From Eledone cirrhosa (lineage: Eukaryota), in the NCBI GenBank assembly GCA_964016885.1, contig OZ024743.1, positions 88,970,001 to 89,034,000 on the forward strand: DNA of 64,000 bases. The letters run 5' to 3'. Positions 1 through 14,370 of the stretch are shown in pieces. The position numbers and the translations under genes were made by a program. Below the pieces are notes generated by a model. The model searched no databases, was not told where the DNA came from, and saw nothing but the letters and a program-made list of their open reading frames with translations. Position 1 is the first letter of the stretch; every line of letters starts with the position of its first letter.

Positions 1-3000
1 TCCTCTTACATATTTCTACTGTTCCTCTTATATATTTCTACTGTTCCTCTTACATATTTCTACTGTTCCTCTTTCATATTTCTACTGTTCCTCTTACATA
101 TTTCTACTGTTCCTCTTACATATTTCTACTGTTCCTCTTACATATTTCTACTGTTCCTCTTACATATTTCTACTGTTCCTCTTATATATTTCTACTGTTC
201 CTCTTACATATTTCTACTGTTCCTCTTACATATTTCTACTGTTCCTCTTACATATTTCTACTGTTCCTCTTACATATTTCTACTGTTCCTCTTACATATT
301 TCTACTGTTCCTCTTACATATTTCTACTGTTCCTCTTATATATTTCTACTGTTCCTCTTACATATTTCTACTGTTCCTCTTATATATTTCTACTGTTCCT
401 CTTACATATTTCTACTGTTCCTCTTACATATTTCTACTGTTCCTCTTACATATTTCTACTGTTCCTCTTATATATTTCTACTGTTCCTCTTACATATTTC
501 TACTGTTCCTCTTATATATTTCTACTGTTCCTCTTACATATTTCTACTGTTCCTTTTATATATTTCTACTGTTCCTCTTACATATTTCTACTGTTCCTCT
601 TATATATTTCTACTGTTCCTCTTACATATTTCTACTGTTCCTCTTACATATTTCTACTGTTCCTCTTATATATTTCTACTGTTCCTCTTACATATTTCTA
701 CTGTTCCTCTTTCATATTTCTACTGTTCCTCTTATATATTTCTACTGTTCCTCTTACATATTTCTACTGTTCCTCTTATATATTTCTACTGTTCCTCTTA
801 CATATTTCTACTGCTCCTCTTATATATTTCTACTGTTCCTCTTATATATTTCTACTGTTCCTCTTACATATTTCTACTGTTCCTCTTATATATTTCTACT
901 GTTCCTCTTATATATTTCTACTGTTCCTCTTATATATTTCTACTGTTCCTCTTACATATTTCTACTGTTCCTCTTACATATTTCTACTGTTCCTCTTACA
1001 TATTTCTACTGTTCCTCTTATATATTTCTACTGTTCCTCTTACATATTTCTACTGTTCCTCTTATATATTTCTACTGTTCCTCTTACATATTTCTACTGT
1101 TCCTCTTATATATTTCTACTGTTCCTCTTACATATTTCTACTGTTCCTCTTACATATTTCTACTGTTCCTCTTATATATTTCTACTGTTCCTCTTACATA
1201 TTTCTACTGTTCCTCTTTCATATTTCTACTGTTCCTCTTATATATTTCTACTGTTCCTCTTACATATTTCTACTGTTCCTCTTATATATTTCTACTGTTC
1301 CTCTTACATATTTCTACTGCTCCTCTTATATATTTCTACTGTTCCTCTTATATATTTCTACTGTTCCTCTTATATATTTCTACTGTTCCTCTTACATATT
1401 TCTACTGTTACTCTTATATATTTCTACTGTTCCTCTTACATATTTCTACTGTTCCTCTTATATATTTCTACTGTTCCTCTTACATATTTCTACTGTTCCT
1501 CTTACATATTTCTACTGTTCCTCTTACATATTTCTACTGTTCCTCTTATATATTTCTACTGTTCCTCTTATATATTTCTACTGTTCCTCTTTCATATTTC
1601 TACTGTTCCTCTTATATATTTCTACTGTTCCTCTTACATATTTCTACTGTTCCTCTTACATATTTCTACTGTTCCTCTTATATATTTCTACTGTTCCTCT
1701 TACATATTTCTACTGCTCCTCTTATATATTTCTACTGTTCCTCTTATATATTTCTACTGTTCCTCTTACATATTTCTACTGTTCCTCTTATATATTTCTA
1801 CTGTTCCTCTTATATATTTCTACTGTTCCTCTTATATATTTCTACTGTTCCTCTTACATATTTCTACTGTTCCTCTTACATATTTCTACTGTTCCTCTTA
1901 CATATTTCTACTGTTCCTCTTATATATTTCTACTGTTCCTCTTACATATTTCTACTGTTCCTCTTATATATTTCTACTGTTCCTCTTACATATTTCTACT
2001 GTTCCTCTTATATATTTCTACTGTTCCTCTTACATATTTCTACTGTTCCTCTTACATATTTCTACTGTTCCTCTTATATATTTCTACTGTTCCTCTTACA
2101 TATTTCTACTGTTCCTCTTTCATATTTCTACTGTTCCTCTTATATATTTCTACTGTTCCTCTTACATATTTCTACTGTTCCTCTTATATATTTCTACTGT
2201 TCCTCTTACATATTTCTACTGCTCCTCTTATATATTTCTACTGTTCCTCTTATATATTTCTACTGTTCCTCTTATATATTTCTACTGTTCCTCTTACATA
2301 TTTCTACTGTTACTCTTATATATTTCTACTGTTCCTCTTACATATTTCTACTGTTCCTCTTATATATTTCTACTGTTCCTCTTACATATTTCTACTGTTC
2401 CTCTTACATATTTCTACTGTTCCTCTTACATATTTCTACTGTTCCTCTTATATATTTCTACTGTTCCTCTTATATATTTCTACTGTTCCTCTTTCATATT
2501 TCTACTGTTCCTCTTATATATTTCTACTGTTCCTCTTACATATTTCTACTGTTCCTCTTACATATTTCTACTGTTCCTCTTATATATTTCTACTGTTCCT
2601 CTTATATATTTCTACTGTTCCTCTTACATATTTCTACTGTTCCTCTTATATATTTCTACTGTTCCTCTTACATATTTCTACTGTTCCTCTTATATATTTC
2701 TACTGTTCCTCTTACATATTTCTACTGTTCCTCTTACATATTTCTACTGTTCCTCTTATATATTTCTACTGTTCCTCTTACATATTTCTACTGTTCCTCT
2801 TTCATATTTCTACTGTTCCTCTTATATATTTCTACTGTTCCTCTTACATATTTCTACTGTTCCTCTTATATATTTCTACTGTTCCTCTTACATATTTCTA
2901 CTGCTCCTCTTATATATTTCTACTGTTCCTCTTATATATTTCTACTGTTCCTCTTATATATTTCTACTGTTCCTCTTACATATTTCTACTGTTACTCTTA

Positions 3001-6000
3001 TATATTTCTACTGTTCCTCTTACATATTTCTACTGTTCCTCTTATATATTTCTACTGTTCCTCTTACATATTTCTACTGTTCCTCTTACATATTTCTACT
3101 GTTCCTCTTACATATTTCTACTGTTCCTCTTATATATTTCTACTGTTCCTCTTATTATATTTCTACTGTTCCTCTTTCATATTTCTACTGTTCCTCTTAT
3201 ATATTTCTACTGTTCCTCTTACATATTTCTACTGTTCCTCTTACATATTTCTACTGTTCCTCTTATATATTTCTACTGTTCCTCTTATATATTTCTACTG
3301 TTCCTCTTACATATTTCTACTGTTCCTTTTATATATTTCTACTGTTCCTCTTATATATTTCTACTGTTCCTCTTATATATTTCTACTGTTCCTCTTACAT
3401 ATTTCTACTGTTCCTCTTATATATTTCTACTGTTCCTCTTATATATTTCTACTGTTCCTCTTACATATTTCTACTGTTCCTCTTATATATTTCTACTGTT
3501 CCTCTTATATATTTCTACTGTTCCTCTTATATATTTCTACTGTTCCTCTTACATATTTCTACTGTTCCTCTTACATATTTCTACTGTTCCTCTTATATAT
3601 TTCTACTGTTCCTCTTATATATTTCTACTGTTCCTCTTTCATATTTCTACTGTTCCTCTTACATATTTCTACTGTTCCTCTTACATATTTCTACTGTTCC
3701 TCTTATATATTTCTACTGTTCCTCTTATATATTTCTACTGTTCCTCTTATATATTTCTACTGTTCCTCTTACATATTTCTACTGTTCCTCTTACATATTT
3801 CTACTGTTCCTCTTATATATTTCTACTGTTCCTCTTACATATTTCTACTGTTCCTCTTATATATTTCTACTGTTCCTCTTATATATTTCTACTGTTCCTC
3901 TTACATATTTCTACTGTTCCTCTTATATATTTCTACTGTTCCTCTTACATATTTCTACTGTTCCTCTTATATATTTCTACTGTTCCTCTTACATATTTCT
4001 ACTGTTCCTCTTATATATTTCTACTGTTCCTCTTATATATTTCTACTGTTCCTCTTACATATTTCTACTGTTCCTCTTACATATTTCTACTGTTCCTCTT
4101 ATATATTTCTACTGTTCCTCTTATATATTTCTACTGTTCCTCTTATATATTTCTACTGTTCCTCTTACATATTTCTACTGTTCCTCTTACATATTTCTAC
4201 TGTTCCTCTTACATATTTCTACTGTTCCTCTTATATATTTCTACTGTTCCTCTTACATATTTCTACTGTTCCTCTTATATATTTCTACTGTTCCTCTTAC
4301 ATATTTCTACTGTTCCTCTTATATATTTCTACTGTTCCTCTTACATATTTCTACTGTTCCTCTTACATATTTCTACTGTTCCTCTTATATATTTCTACTG
4401 TTCCTCTTACATATTTCTACTGTTCCTCTTTCATATTTCTACTGTTCCTCTTATATATTTCTACTGTTCCTCTTACATATTTCTACTGTTCCTCTTATAT
4501 ATTTCTACTGTTCCTCTTACATATTTCTACTGCTCCTCTTATATATTTCTACTGTTCCTCTTATATATTTCTACTGTTCCTCTTATATATTTCTACTGTT
4601 CCTCTTACATATTTCTACTGTTACTCTTATATATTTCTACTGTTCCTCTTACATATTTCTACTGTTCCTCTTATATATTTCTACTGTTCCTCTTACATAT
4701 TTCTACTGTTCCTCTTACATATTTCTACTGTTCCTCTTACATATTTCTACTGTTCCTCTTATATATTTCTACTGTTCCTCTTATATATTTCTACTGTTCC
4801 TCTTTCATATTTCTACTGTTCCTCTTATATATTTCTACTGTTCCTCTTACATATTTCTACTGTTCCTCTTACATATTTCTACTGTTCCTCTTATATATTT
4901 CTACTGTTCCTCTTATATATTTCTACTGTTCCTCTTACATATTTCTACTGTTCCTCTTATATATTTCTACTGTTCCTCTTACATATTTCTACTGTTCCTC
5001 TTATATATTTCTACTGTTCCTCTTACATATTTCTACTGTTCCTCTTACATATTTCTACTGTTCCTCTTATATATTTCTACTGTTCCTCTTACATATTTCT
5101 ACTGTTCCTCTTTCATATTTCTACTGTTCCTCTTATATATTTCTACTGTTCCTCTTACATATTTCTACTGTTCCTCTTATATATTTCTACTGTTCCTCTT
5201 ACATATTTCTACTGCTCCTCTTATATATTTCTACTGTTCCTCTTATATATTTCTACTGTTCCTCTTATATATTTCTACTGTTCCTCTTACATATTTCTAC
5301 TGTTACTCTTATATATTTCTACTGTTCCTCTTACATATTTCTACTGTTCCTCTTATATATTTCTACTGTTCCTCTTACATATTTCTACTGTTCCTCTTAC
5401 ATATTTCTACTGTTCCTCTTACATATTTCTACTGTTCCTCTTATATATTTCTACTGTTCCTCTTATTATATTTCTACTGTTCCTCTTTCATATTTCTACT
5501 GTTCCTCTTATATATTTCTACTGTTCCTCTTACATATTTCTACTGTTCCTCTTACATATTTCTACTGTTCCTCTTATATATTTCTACTGTTCCTCTTATA
5601 TATTTCTACTGTTCCTCTTACATATTTCTACTGTTCCTTTTATATATTTCTACTGTTCCTCTTATATATTTCTACTGTTCCTCTTATATATTTCTACTGT
5701 TCCTCTTACATATTTCTACTGTTCCTCTTATATATTTCTACTGTTCCTCTTATATATTTCTACTGTTCCTCTTACATATTTCTACTGTTCCTCTTATATA
5801 TTTCTACTGTTCCTCTTATATATTTCTACTGTTCCTCTTATATATTTCTACTGTTCCTCTTACATATTTCTACTGTTCCTCTTACATATTTCTACTGTTC
5901 CTCTTATATATTTCTACTGTTCCTCTTATATATTTCTACTGTTCCTCTTTCATATTTCTACTGTTCCTCTTACATATTTCTACTGTTCCTCTTACATATT

Positions 6001-7320
6001 TCTACTGTTCCTCTTATATATTTCTACTGTTCCTCTTATATATTTCTACTGTTCCTCTTATATATTTCTACTGTTCCTCTTACATATTTCTACTGTTCCT
6101 CTTACATATTTCTACTGTTCCTCTTATATATTTCTACTGTTCCTCTTACATATTTCTACTGTTCCTCTTATATATTTCTACTGTTCCTCTTATATATTTC
6201 TACTGTTCCTCTTACATATTTCTACTGTTCCTCTTATATATTTCTACTGTTCCTCTTACATATTTCTACTGTTCCTCTTATATATTTCTACTGTTCCTCT
6301 TACATATTTCTACTGTTCCTCTTATATATTTCTACTGTTACTCTTATATATTTCTACTGTTACTCTTACATATTTCTACTGTTCCTCTTATATATTTCTA
6401 CTGTTCCTCTTATATATTTCTACTGTTCCTCTTACATATTTCTACTGTTCCTCTTATATATTTCTACTGTTCCTCTTATATATTTCTACTGTTCCTCTTA
6501 TATATTTCTACTGTTCCTCTTACATATTTCTACTGTTCCTCTTATATATTTCTACTGTTCCTCTTACATATTTCTACTGTTCCTCTTACATATTTCTACT
6601 GTTCCTCTTATATATTTCTACTGTTCCTCTTATATATTTCTACTGTTCCTCTTATATATTTCTACTGTTCCTCTTACATATTTCTACTGTTCCTCTTATA
6701 TATTTCTACTGTTCCTCTTATATATTTCTACTGTTCCTCTTACATATTTCTACTGTTCCTCTTACATATTTCTACTGTTACTCTTTCATATTTCTACTGT
6801 TCCTCTTACATATTTCTACTGCTCCTCTTATATATTTCTACTGTTCCTCTTACATATTTCTACTGTTCCTCTTACATATTTCTACTGTTCCTCTTATATA
6901 TTTCTACTGTTCCTCTTACATATTTCTACTGTTCCTCTTATATATTTCTACTGTTCCTCTTACATATTTCTACTGCTCCTCTTATATATTTCTACTGTTC
7001 CTCTTACATATTTCTACTGTTCCTCTTACATATTTCTACTGTTCCTCTTATATATTTCTACTGTTCCTCTTACATATTTCTACTGTTCCTCTTATATATT
7101 TCTACTGTTCCTCTTATATATTTCTACTGTTCCTCTTACATATTTCTACTGTTCCTCTTACATATTTCTACTGTTACTCTTTCATATTTCTACTGTTCCT
7201 CTTACATATTTCTACTGTTCCTCTTATATATTTCTACTGTTCCTCTTACATATTTCTACTGTTCCTCTTATATATTTCTACTGTTCCTCTTATATATTTC
7301 TACTGTTACTCTTATATATT
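1..7320. repeat. 22-bp tandem satellite (TCCTCTTA[C/T]ATATTTCTACTGT), ~330 units, runs off the left edge
   Basis: Exact 22-bp period from position 1; few variant positions. Confidence 0.99.
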
Positions 7321-7433
7321 TTTTTCATCAACAAGCATGTTAACTTTTATTCATAGTTGTATAAAAAATATAATATAATGGTTACAGAATGAAAACACAA
7401 ACACATATAATATATACAAAGCAGGTATTAAAC

Positions 7434-7757
7434 TCATCTAGGATCACATGCAACAAAAGGGAGGGGAAAGGGGTGGGTAAACAAACCACTACCAGAGCAA
7501 AAGATAACAGTATCGTAAGGAGCACTAGGAAACCTCTCTAATAACATTTTGATGGAAGCCAGCACACTCGCAACGTTGCCTCGTGTGATGGCTAGGTTGT
7601 TGCTTTGGAACAACCAAGCGCCCTCACGAACATGACCAGTTACCTCGGTTAGGCAAGCCGCCAGTGAAGATAAGAACCTCGCAGTCAGTAGACTAACTAC
7701 CCCAAGCGTCTTGAATGCGACAGGCTGGAAAATGTAGTTAGCCGACATATCATATTT
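7434..7757 (-). mobile_element. 3' fragment of an RLE-type (CRE-like) non-LTR retrotransposon
   Basis: Translation KYD..NYIFQPVAFKTLG...GHVREGAWLFQ..NLAITRGNVASVL resembles the C-terminus of the restriction-like endonuclease (F.P.AFET.G ... QRLS.A..RGNA.S.L). Confidence 0.7.
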
Positions 7758-7881
7758 GTAAAGTGTGGATTACCTCTGAAAATTGTAGCTTTTCCAGATT
7801 AATCTTTAGCTGTGTACTAACATTAGTGCTAATGCTAGTGTTAAAAAAAACCATCCAGCACACTCTGTGATATGGTTGGTG

Positions 7882-8911
7882 TTAGGAAGGGTATTCAGCC
7901 ATAGAAACCATGCCAAAATGAAGTGTATGAGAGAGATATGATCTCAGAGCCTACTTAGGAAGGGTATCCAGCCATAGAAACTATGCCAAAATGAAGTGTA
8001 TGAGAGAGATATGATCTCAGAGCCTACTTAGGAAGGGTATCCAGCCATAGAAACTATGCCAAAATGAAGTGTATGAGAGAGATATGGTCTCAGAGCCTAT
8101 TTAGGAAGGTTATCCAGCCATAGAAACCATGCCAAAATGAAGTGTATGAGAGAGATATGGTCTCAGAGCCTATTTAGGAAGGGTATTCAGCCATAGAAAC
8201 CATGCCAAAATGAAGTGTATGAGAGAGATATGTCTCAGAGCCTACTTAGGAAGGGTATCCAGCCATAGAAACTATGCCAAAATGAAGTGTATGAGAGAGA
8301 TATGGTCTCAGAGCCTATTTAGGAAGGGTATCCAGCCATAGAAACCATGCCAAAATGAAGTGTATGAGAGAGATATGGTCTCAGAGCCTATTTAGGAAGG
8401 GTATCCAGCCATAGAAACCATGCCAAAATGAAGTGTATGAGAGAGATATGGTCTCAGAGCCTACTTAGGAAGGGTATCCAGCCATAGAAACCATGCCAAA
8501 ATGAAGTGTATGAGAGAGATATGATCTCAGAGCCTACTTAGGAAGGGTATCCAGCCATAGAAACCATGCCAAAATGAAGTGTATGAGAGAGATATGGTCT
8601 CAGAGCCTATTTAGGAAGGGTATCCAGCCATAGAAACCATGCCAAAATGAAGTGTATGAGAGAGATATGGTCTCAGAGCCTACTTAGGAAGGGTATCCAG
8701 CCATAGAAACCATGCCAAAATGAAGTGTATGAGAGAGATATGGTCTCAGAGCATACTTAGGAAGGGTATCCAGCCATAGAAACCATGCTAAAATGAAGTG
8801 TATGAGAGAGATATGATCTCAGAGCCTACTTAGGAAGGGTATCCAGCCATAGAAACCATGCCAAAATGAAGTGTATGAGAGAGATATGGTCTCAGAGCCT
8901 ATTTAGGAAGG
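7882..8911. repeat. 73-bp minisatellite, ~14 units
   Basis: Unit TTAGGAAGGGTATCCAGCCATAGAAACCATGCCAAAATGAAGTGTATGAGAGAGATATGGTCTCAGAGCCTAC; starts at 7882, 7955, etc. Confidence 0.97.
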
Positions 8912-9051
8912 TAGTAACTGTGAATGAGAACTGATTTGCTCTGTAATAACCAGTTCAAATCATGCCTGCACAATGATGTATGTATGTATATAGCACAACC
9001 CATTCTGGCATGGAAAAACATGTAAACAGAACAATGATGATGATGATGATG

Positions 9052-9612
9052 GTATGTGTTTGTGTGCGCGTGTGTGCCTGTGCATGTGTCTATCTGTGTG
9101 TGTGTGCATATTTGTGTCTGTGCACGTGTCTATCCGTGTGTGTGTCTGTGTGTATGTGTGTGTGTCTGTGCGTGTGTCTGTGTGTGTGTGTGTGTGTGTG
9201 TCTGTGCGTGTGTCTGTGTGTGTATATGTGTGTGTGTCTGTGTCTGTGCGTGTGTCTGTGTGTGTGTGTATGTGTGAGTGTGTGTGTCTGTGTGTGTGTG
9301 TGTCTGTGCGTATGTCTGTGTGTGTGTATGTCTGTGTATGCGTGTGTCTGTGTCTGTGCGTATGTCTGTGTGTGTGTGTGTGTGTGTCTGTGCGTATGTC
9401 TGTGTATGTGTGTGTATGTCTGTGTGTGTGTGTGTCTGTGCGTATGTGTGTGTGTGTGTGTGTGTCTGTGCATATGTATGTGTGTGTGTCTGTGCGTGTG
9501 TCTGTGTGTGTGTCTGTGCGTATGTCTGTGTATGTGTGTGTCTGTGCGTATGTCTCTTGTGTGTGTGTTTGTGTGTATATGTCTGTGTGTATGTCTGTGT
9601 GTGTGTCTGTGC

Positions 9613-9648
<36 letters not shown>

Positions 9649-9678
9649 ATGTCTGTGTGTGTGTGTGTGTGTCTGTGC

Positions 9679-9738
<60 letters not shown>

Positions 9739-9752
9739 GTCTGTGTGTGTGT
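9052..9752. repeat. Compound (TG)n microsatellite
   Basis: TG runs with TCTG/TGCG/TATG interruptions. Confidence 0.97.
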
Positions 9753-9842
9753 ATCATAAATTGACTCTGAAATATATATAAAGTGTTTAAAAGTTTCAAT
9801 ATTGATTTCTAGCAAATATGAAGTCAGATTTACTATATTTTA

Positions 9843-10315
9843 ACACAGATTTATATATTTACACATATATATTTATGGACACATATAGTCACACACACAG
9901 ATTTATATATTTACACATATATATTTATGGACACATATAGTCGCACACACAGATTTACATATTTACACATATATATTTATGGACACATATAGTCACACAC
10001 ACAGATTTACATATTTACACATATATATTTATGGACACATATAGTCACACACACAGATTTACATATTTACACATATATATTTATGGACACATATAGTCAC
10101 ACACACAGATTTACATATTTACACATATATATTTATGGACACATATATTCACACACACAGATTTACATATTTACACATATATATTTATGGACACATATAT
10201 TCACACACACAGATTTACATATTTACACATATATATTTATGGACACATATAGTCACACACACAGATTTACATATTTACACATATATATTTATGGACACAT
10301 ATTCACACACATATT
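9843..10315. repeat. 52-bp minisatellite, ~9 units
   Basis: ATTTATGGAC recurs at 9871, 9923, etc. Confidence 0.95.
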
Positions 10316-10355
10316 TTTGCAGGTGAAACTGTATATATATATATATATAGATAAA

Positions 10356-10703
10356 TTTCCTTATTAGCCACAAGGGCACAAAAGAAGGGGACAAATACAA
10401 ATGGGGAGTTTACATACAGGTATATGAAAATAAAACTATTAATAAAACAACAGATAACAATTGAAATCCCCAATAGGGGGGAGGTGTTACACAGGGGTTG
10501 TACACACCCCGAAAAAATGTACAACCCTCATCTCCAGGAGCACCAAGAGTGAGTACTCCCTTCCTCTCTTCCTCTTTTTCCTCAACCTACAGGCTTATAT
10601 AGAGAGAAGGCCCAACCACTCGGGCCATCTTTGCCACATTCACCCACCTTTTATAAAATTTGCTGGGGTACAACACCTCTCTCTCCATCCTGATTCTTCT
10701 TCC
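10356..10703 (-). mobile_element. Tx1-like (L1 clade) LINE, 5'-truncated copy A
   Basis: Homologous to the ORF2 end and 3'UTR of copy D; ends in an AATAA-type tail next to TATC repeats. Confidence 0.85.
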
Positions 10704-10722
10704 AGGTAGGCAGATAGATATG

Positions 10723-11103
10723 TTTCTTTATTAGCCACAGGGGCACAAAAGAAGGGGACAAATACAAAGGGGGAAGTTTACATACAATAAAAACGTGTAA
10801 AATACTATCACAAATGCAATTTAAAAATTAATCGATTTTCCCCAATATGGGGAGACATTTCATATAGGTAACACATACCCCCTAAAAAATGTGAAGCCCT
10901 CATCTCCAGGAGTACGAAGAGTTTGTACTCCTTTCCTCTCCTCCTCCTTTTCCTCAACCTACAGGCTGATATAGAGAGAAGGCCCATTCACTTGGGCCAT
11001 TCTCGCCACTTTCACCCACCTTTCATAAAACTTGCTGGGGTACAGCGCCTCTCTCTCCGTCCTGATTCTTCTTCCAAAGTGGTATTTGAACAAAAGAATC
11101 AGT
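10723..11103 (-). mobile_element. Tx1-like LINE, 5'-truncated copy B
   Basis: Same 3' end; flanked by a 16-bp direct repeat GTAGGCAGATAGATAT (10706-10721 and 11102-11117). Confidence 0.88.
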
Positions 11104-11118
11104 AGGCAGATAGATATC

Positions 11119-12637
11119 TTTCTTTATTTGCCACAGGGGCGTACAAAACTGGGACATTACAAGACGTGACGGCGGAGGTTTTACATAAAAATAACTTTAA
11201 CATTAATAAATAACAATAAACTATATATAATAAAATAACAATCGAAATCCCCAGTAGCGGGGAACGTTACTGCAGGGTTGTTTTACACCCCATGGATAGA
11301 ACAACCCTCAACACTAGGAACACGTTTTGTAGGTGTTCCTGTCTTCCCTCTGTTTATCTTCCTCAACCTACAGGTTTATATACAGAGAAGGCCCATTCAC
11401 TCGGGCCATTTTTGCCACATTCACCCACCTTTAGCGAATTTACTGGGGTGTAGCACCTCTCTCTCCACTCTCACCTTCCTTCTGAAGTGATACTTAAAGA
11501 AGGGGATAAGTTGTTGTCTGGAGAGAAAGGTGTTTGCCCTCAGTCCTTTTAACCTCGTCCACCATATTACCTCTTTCGCCATAGCCACCAGACAGAGGAA
11601 AACCGCCTCTTCTTCGTTCCTAAATGAAGGCGGCGGGGTGATCCTCACGATGGACTTGGCTGACAACTGGATGCGTCTCACATGTGACAGCAGCTGTTCG
11701 ACATAATTCCACAGGTCGGTCAACGGTTTCGATGTCCTGCTCGCATCTTGGACAGGTCCTTTCGGCAGGATCTCTGCCAGGGCGTCCGTGCCTGTAGATT
11801 TCATCTCGAACTGGTACAGCTCCTCGGTAGTACTGCCAGGCCAGAGACCTCTGGAAGTTATCCATAGGCCCTGGACGGAAAGTCCTCTCGAATGGACTGG
11901 TCAGTTCGTCCTCCTCGATGCCTAGAGTTTCACCGAGAACGTTGTCACACTTATCCTCCACTAATCCCCTATAGAATGTCGAAGTAGAGTCTCTGCTGAT
12001 TGCCGTTTCCGCTTGGTAGAGGGCTGTGAGCGCCTGTAGGCACTCGAGGTGCCAGGCACCCATTTTCGGTCTTCGCTTGATCCAGGACTGCAGCTCTGTT
12101 AGTGAGACGAGTTGTGGAAGAGCTTGTCTCACAAACGACAGCCACACCGGTTCACCGGTCAAGAATACCTGGAGATGGCATAGCCTCAGCGCATGTTTGC
12201 GCATCATCAGCCACGGCACTGCCCAGCCCTCCGTTAAAAGGGTGTTGACAGCAGATGGATCTCCTCACCAATGGAGCCTGTTTCTTTCAGAGGAACTTGA
12301 AGAGTAGGCGTTCCATTTAGGTGAGGTATTCGCGGGGGCAAGGCACGACTGTCAAGCGGTAGTAGATGACGGACGCTATGTAAGTGTTCACCACCTCCGC
12401 TCAACCTTTCAAGGAGAGTTTGCACTCAGCCCACTTCTGGGTGAGTGCAAACACCTTCGCCGTGACCTCATTCCAGTTCTTGTCCACCTGGAGGTCTGGA
12501 CCGAACCAGACCCCGAGCAATTTCACCGGTCCTTCCGTCCAGCGCCCAACGACACTGTCGGAAGGATGGGTTTGCCTCTCCATGTGCCGAGTTGCAAACC
12601 GACAGACTTGTTTGGGTTTAGTCTTGCTCCTGTCAAC
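11119..12637 (-). mobile_element. Tx1-like LINE, 5'-truncated copy C (frameshifted ORF2)
   Basis: TGARLNPNKSVGLQLGTW, VKLLGVWFG, CPRC zinc-knuckle region; homologous to copy D. Confidence 0.92.
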
Positions 12638-12675
12638 GTTAGATAGATAGGCAGACAGGTAGATAGATAGATATG

Positions 12676-14145
12676 TTTCTTTTATTTGCCACCAGGGCAT
12701 CAAAAGTGGGACAAGTACAATGGGGGGAGTTTACAAAACAAGGCGTCCTCAATAAGGAGGAGGCAATAACAATATATAAAAATAAAATAAAATATAACAA
12801 AAAATAAAATTTATAACAAAAAACCTCAATAGAGAGGAGGCGCCTTGGGGGGTCGCACACACCCCCGAAAAAAAGTGTGCAACCCTTTTCCTCAGGAGCA
12901 CAGATGAGGGGTGCTCCCTTGGTCTTTCATCTTCCTCACCTATAGTCTGATGTAGAGTGAAGGCCCATTCACACGGGCCATTCTCGCCACTTTCACCCAT
13001 CTTTCATAAAAACGGCTTGGGTGCAGCACCTCTCTCTCCATCCTGATCCTTCTTCCGAAATGATATCAGAAGAAACGGACCAGTTGTTGGCCAGAGAGAA
13101 AGGTGTCTGACCTCAGTCCTTTCAGACGCGTCCACCATACAACCTCTTTCGCCATGGCTATTACGCACAGAAACACCGCCTCTTCTTCGTTTTTGAAGAG
13201 GGGAGGCGGCTTGATCGTTACAATAGACTCGGTGGTCAACCGGATCGGTCCCACCCTTGACAGCAGTTGTTCGACATAGCCCCACAGATCGGCAATGCCC
13301 GAGCAGTGTACCAATGCATGTGCAACGGTTTCCTCGTCGCACACGCATCTGGGACAGATCTTTTTCGAGGGGTCCCTACCCGGGCACCCGTGTCTGTAGA
13401 GACTTTCTCGAACGGGCAGAGCCCTTCTGTAGCATTGCCAGGCCAGGGACCTCTGGAAGTTATCCATGGGTCCCGGGCTGAATGTCCTACCGAACAGGTT
13501 TGCCAGTTCGTCTTCCTCCATGCCTAGGGCTTCTCCGAGGGCGTCGTCGCACCTGTTAATCACCAGCCCTCTATAGAATGACGAGGTGGATTCTCCCCTG
13601 ACAGCCGGGTCCGCCTGCCAGAGAGCCGTGAGCGCCTGGGCACACTCGGTGTGCCAGGCGCCCAGTTTTCTCAGTCTTTGCTTGACCCAGGATTGCAGCT
13701 CGGTGAGTGAGACGAGTCTGGGAAAGGCTCGCCTCACAAATGGGGCCCACACCGGTTGACCGGAGAGGAATATCTGAAGGTGCCGTAGCCTTAATGCGTG
13801 TTTACGTATCATTAGCCACGGCATCCCCAGCCCTCCTTTCGAAGGGTGTTGACAGCAGATGGATCTCCTCACCATAGGAGCCCGCTTCTTCCAAAGGAAT
13901 TGGAAGAGTGCGCGCTCCATTTTGGCGAGCGTTTCCCTTGGGCAAGGCACAACGGTCAGGCGGTAGTAGATGATGGACGCTATATAAGTGTTTGCCACCT
14001 CCGCCCGACCTTTCAGGGACAGTTTGCACTCGGCCCACTTCTGGGTCAGTGCAAACACCCTGTTCGTTACCTCACCCCAGTTCTTCTCCACCTGGAGGTC
14101 TGGTCCGAACCAGACCCCGAGCAACTTCACCGGGCCCTCCATCCA
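12676..14145 (-). mobile_element. Tx1-like LINE, 5'-truncated copy D (358-aa ORF2 C-terminal part)
   Basis: KLLGVWFG, LSLKGRA, KGGLGMP and CPRC..ETVAHALVHC motifs typical of the Tx1/L1 ORF2 C-terminus. Confidence 0.93.
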
Positions 14146-14221
14146 TAGATAGGTAGGTAGATAGATAGGTAGGTAGGTAGGTAGATAGATAGATAGACAG
14201 ACAGGTAGATAGATAGATATA

Positions 14222-14370
14222 TTTCTTTATTAGCCACAGGGGCACAAAAGAAGGGGACAAATACAAAGGGGGAAGTTTACATACAATAAAAACGTGTAAA
14301 ATGTTATCACAGATGGAATTTAAAAGTTAGTCGATTTTCCCCAATAGAGGGAGACAGTTTATATGGGTAA
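14222..14370 (-). mobile_element. Tx1-like LINE, 3'UTR-only copy E
   Basis: Closely matches 10723-10870 (copy B 3'UTR). Confidence 0.88.

Noticed and set aside
7882-8911. CRISPR-like periodicity
   Set aside because: No unique spacers; eukaryotic tandem repeat
8960-9815. Long HT/CV-rich ORFs
   Set aside because: Translations of a (TG)n microsatellite
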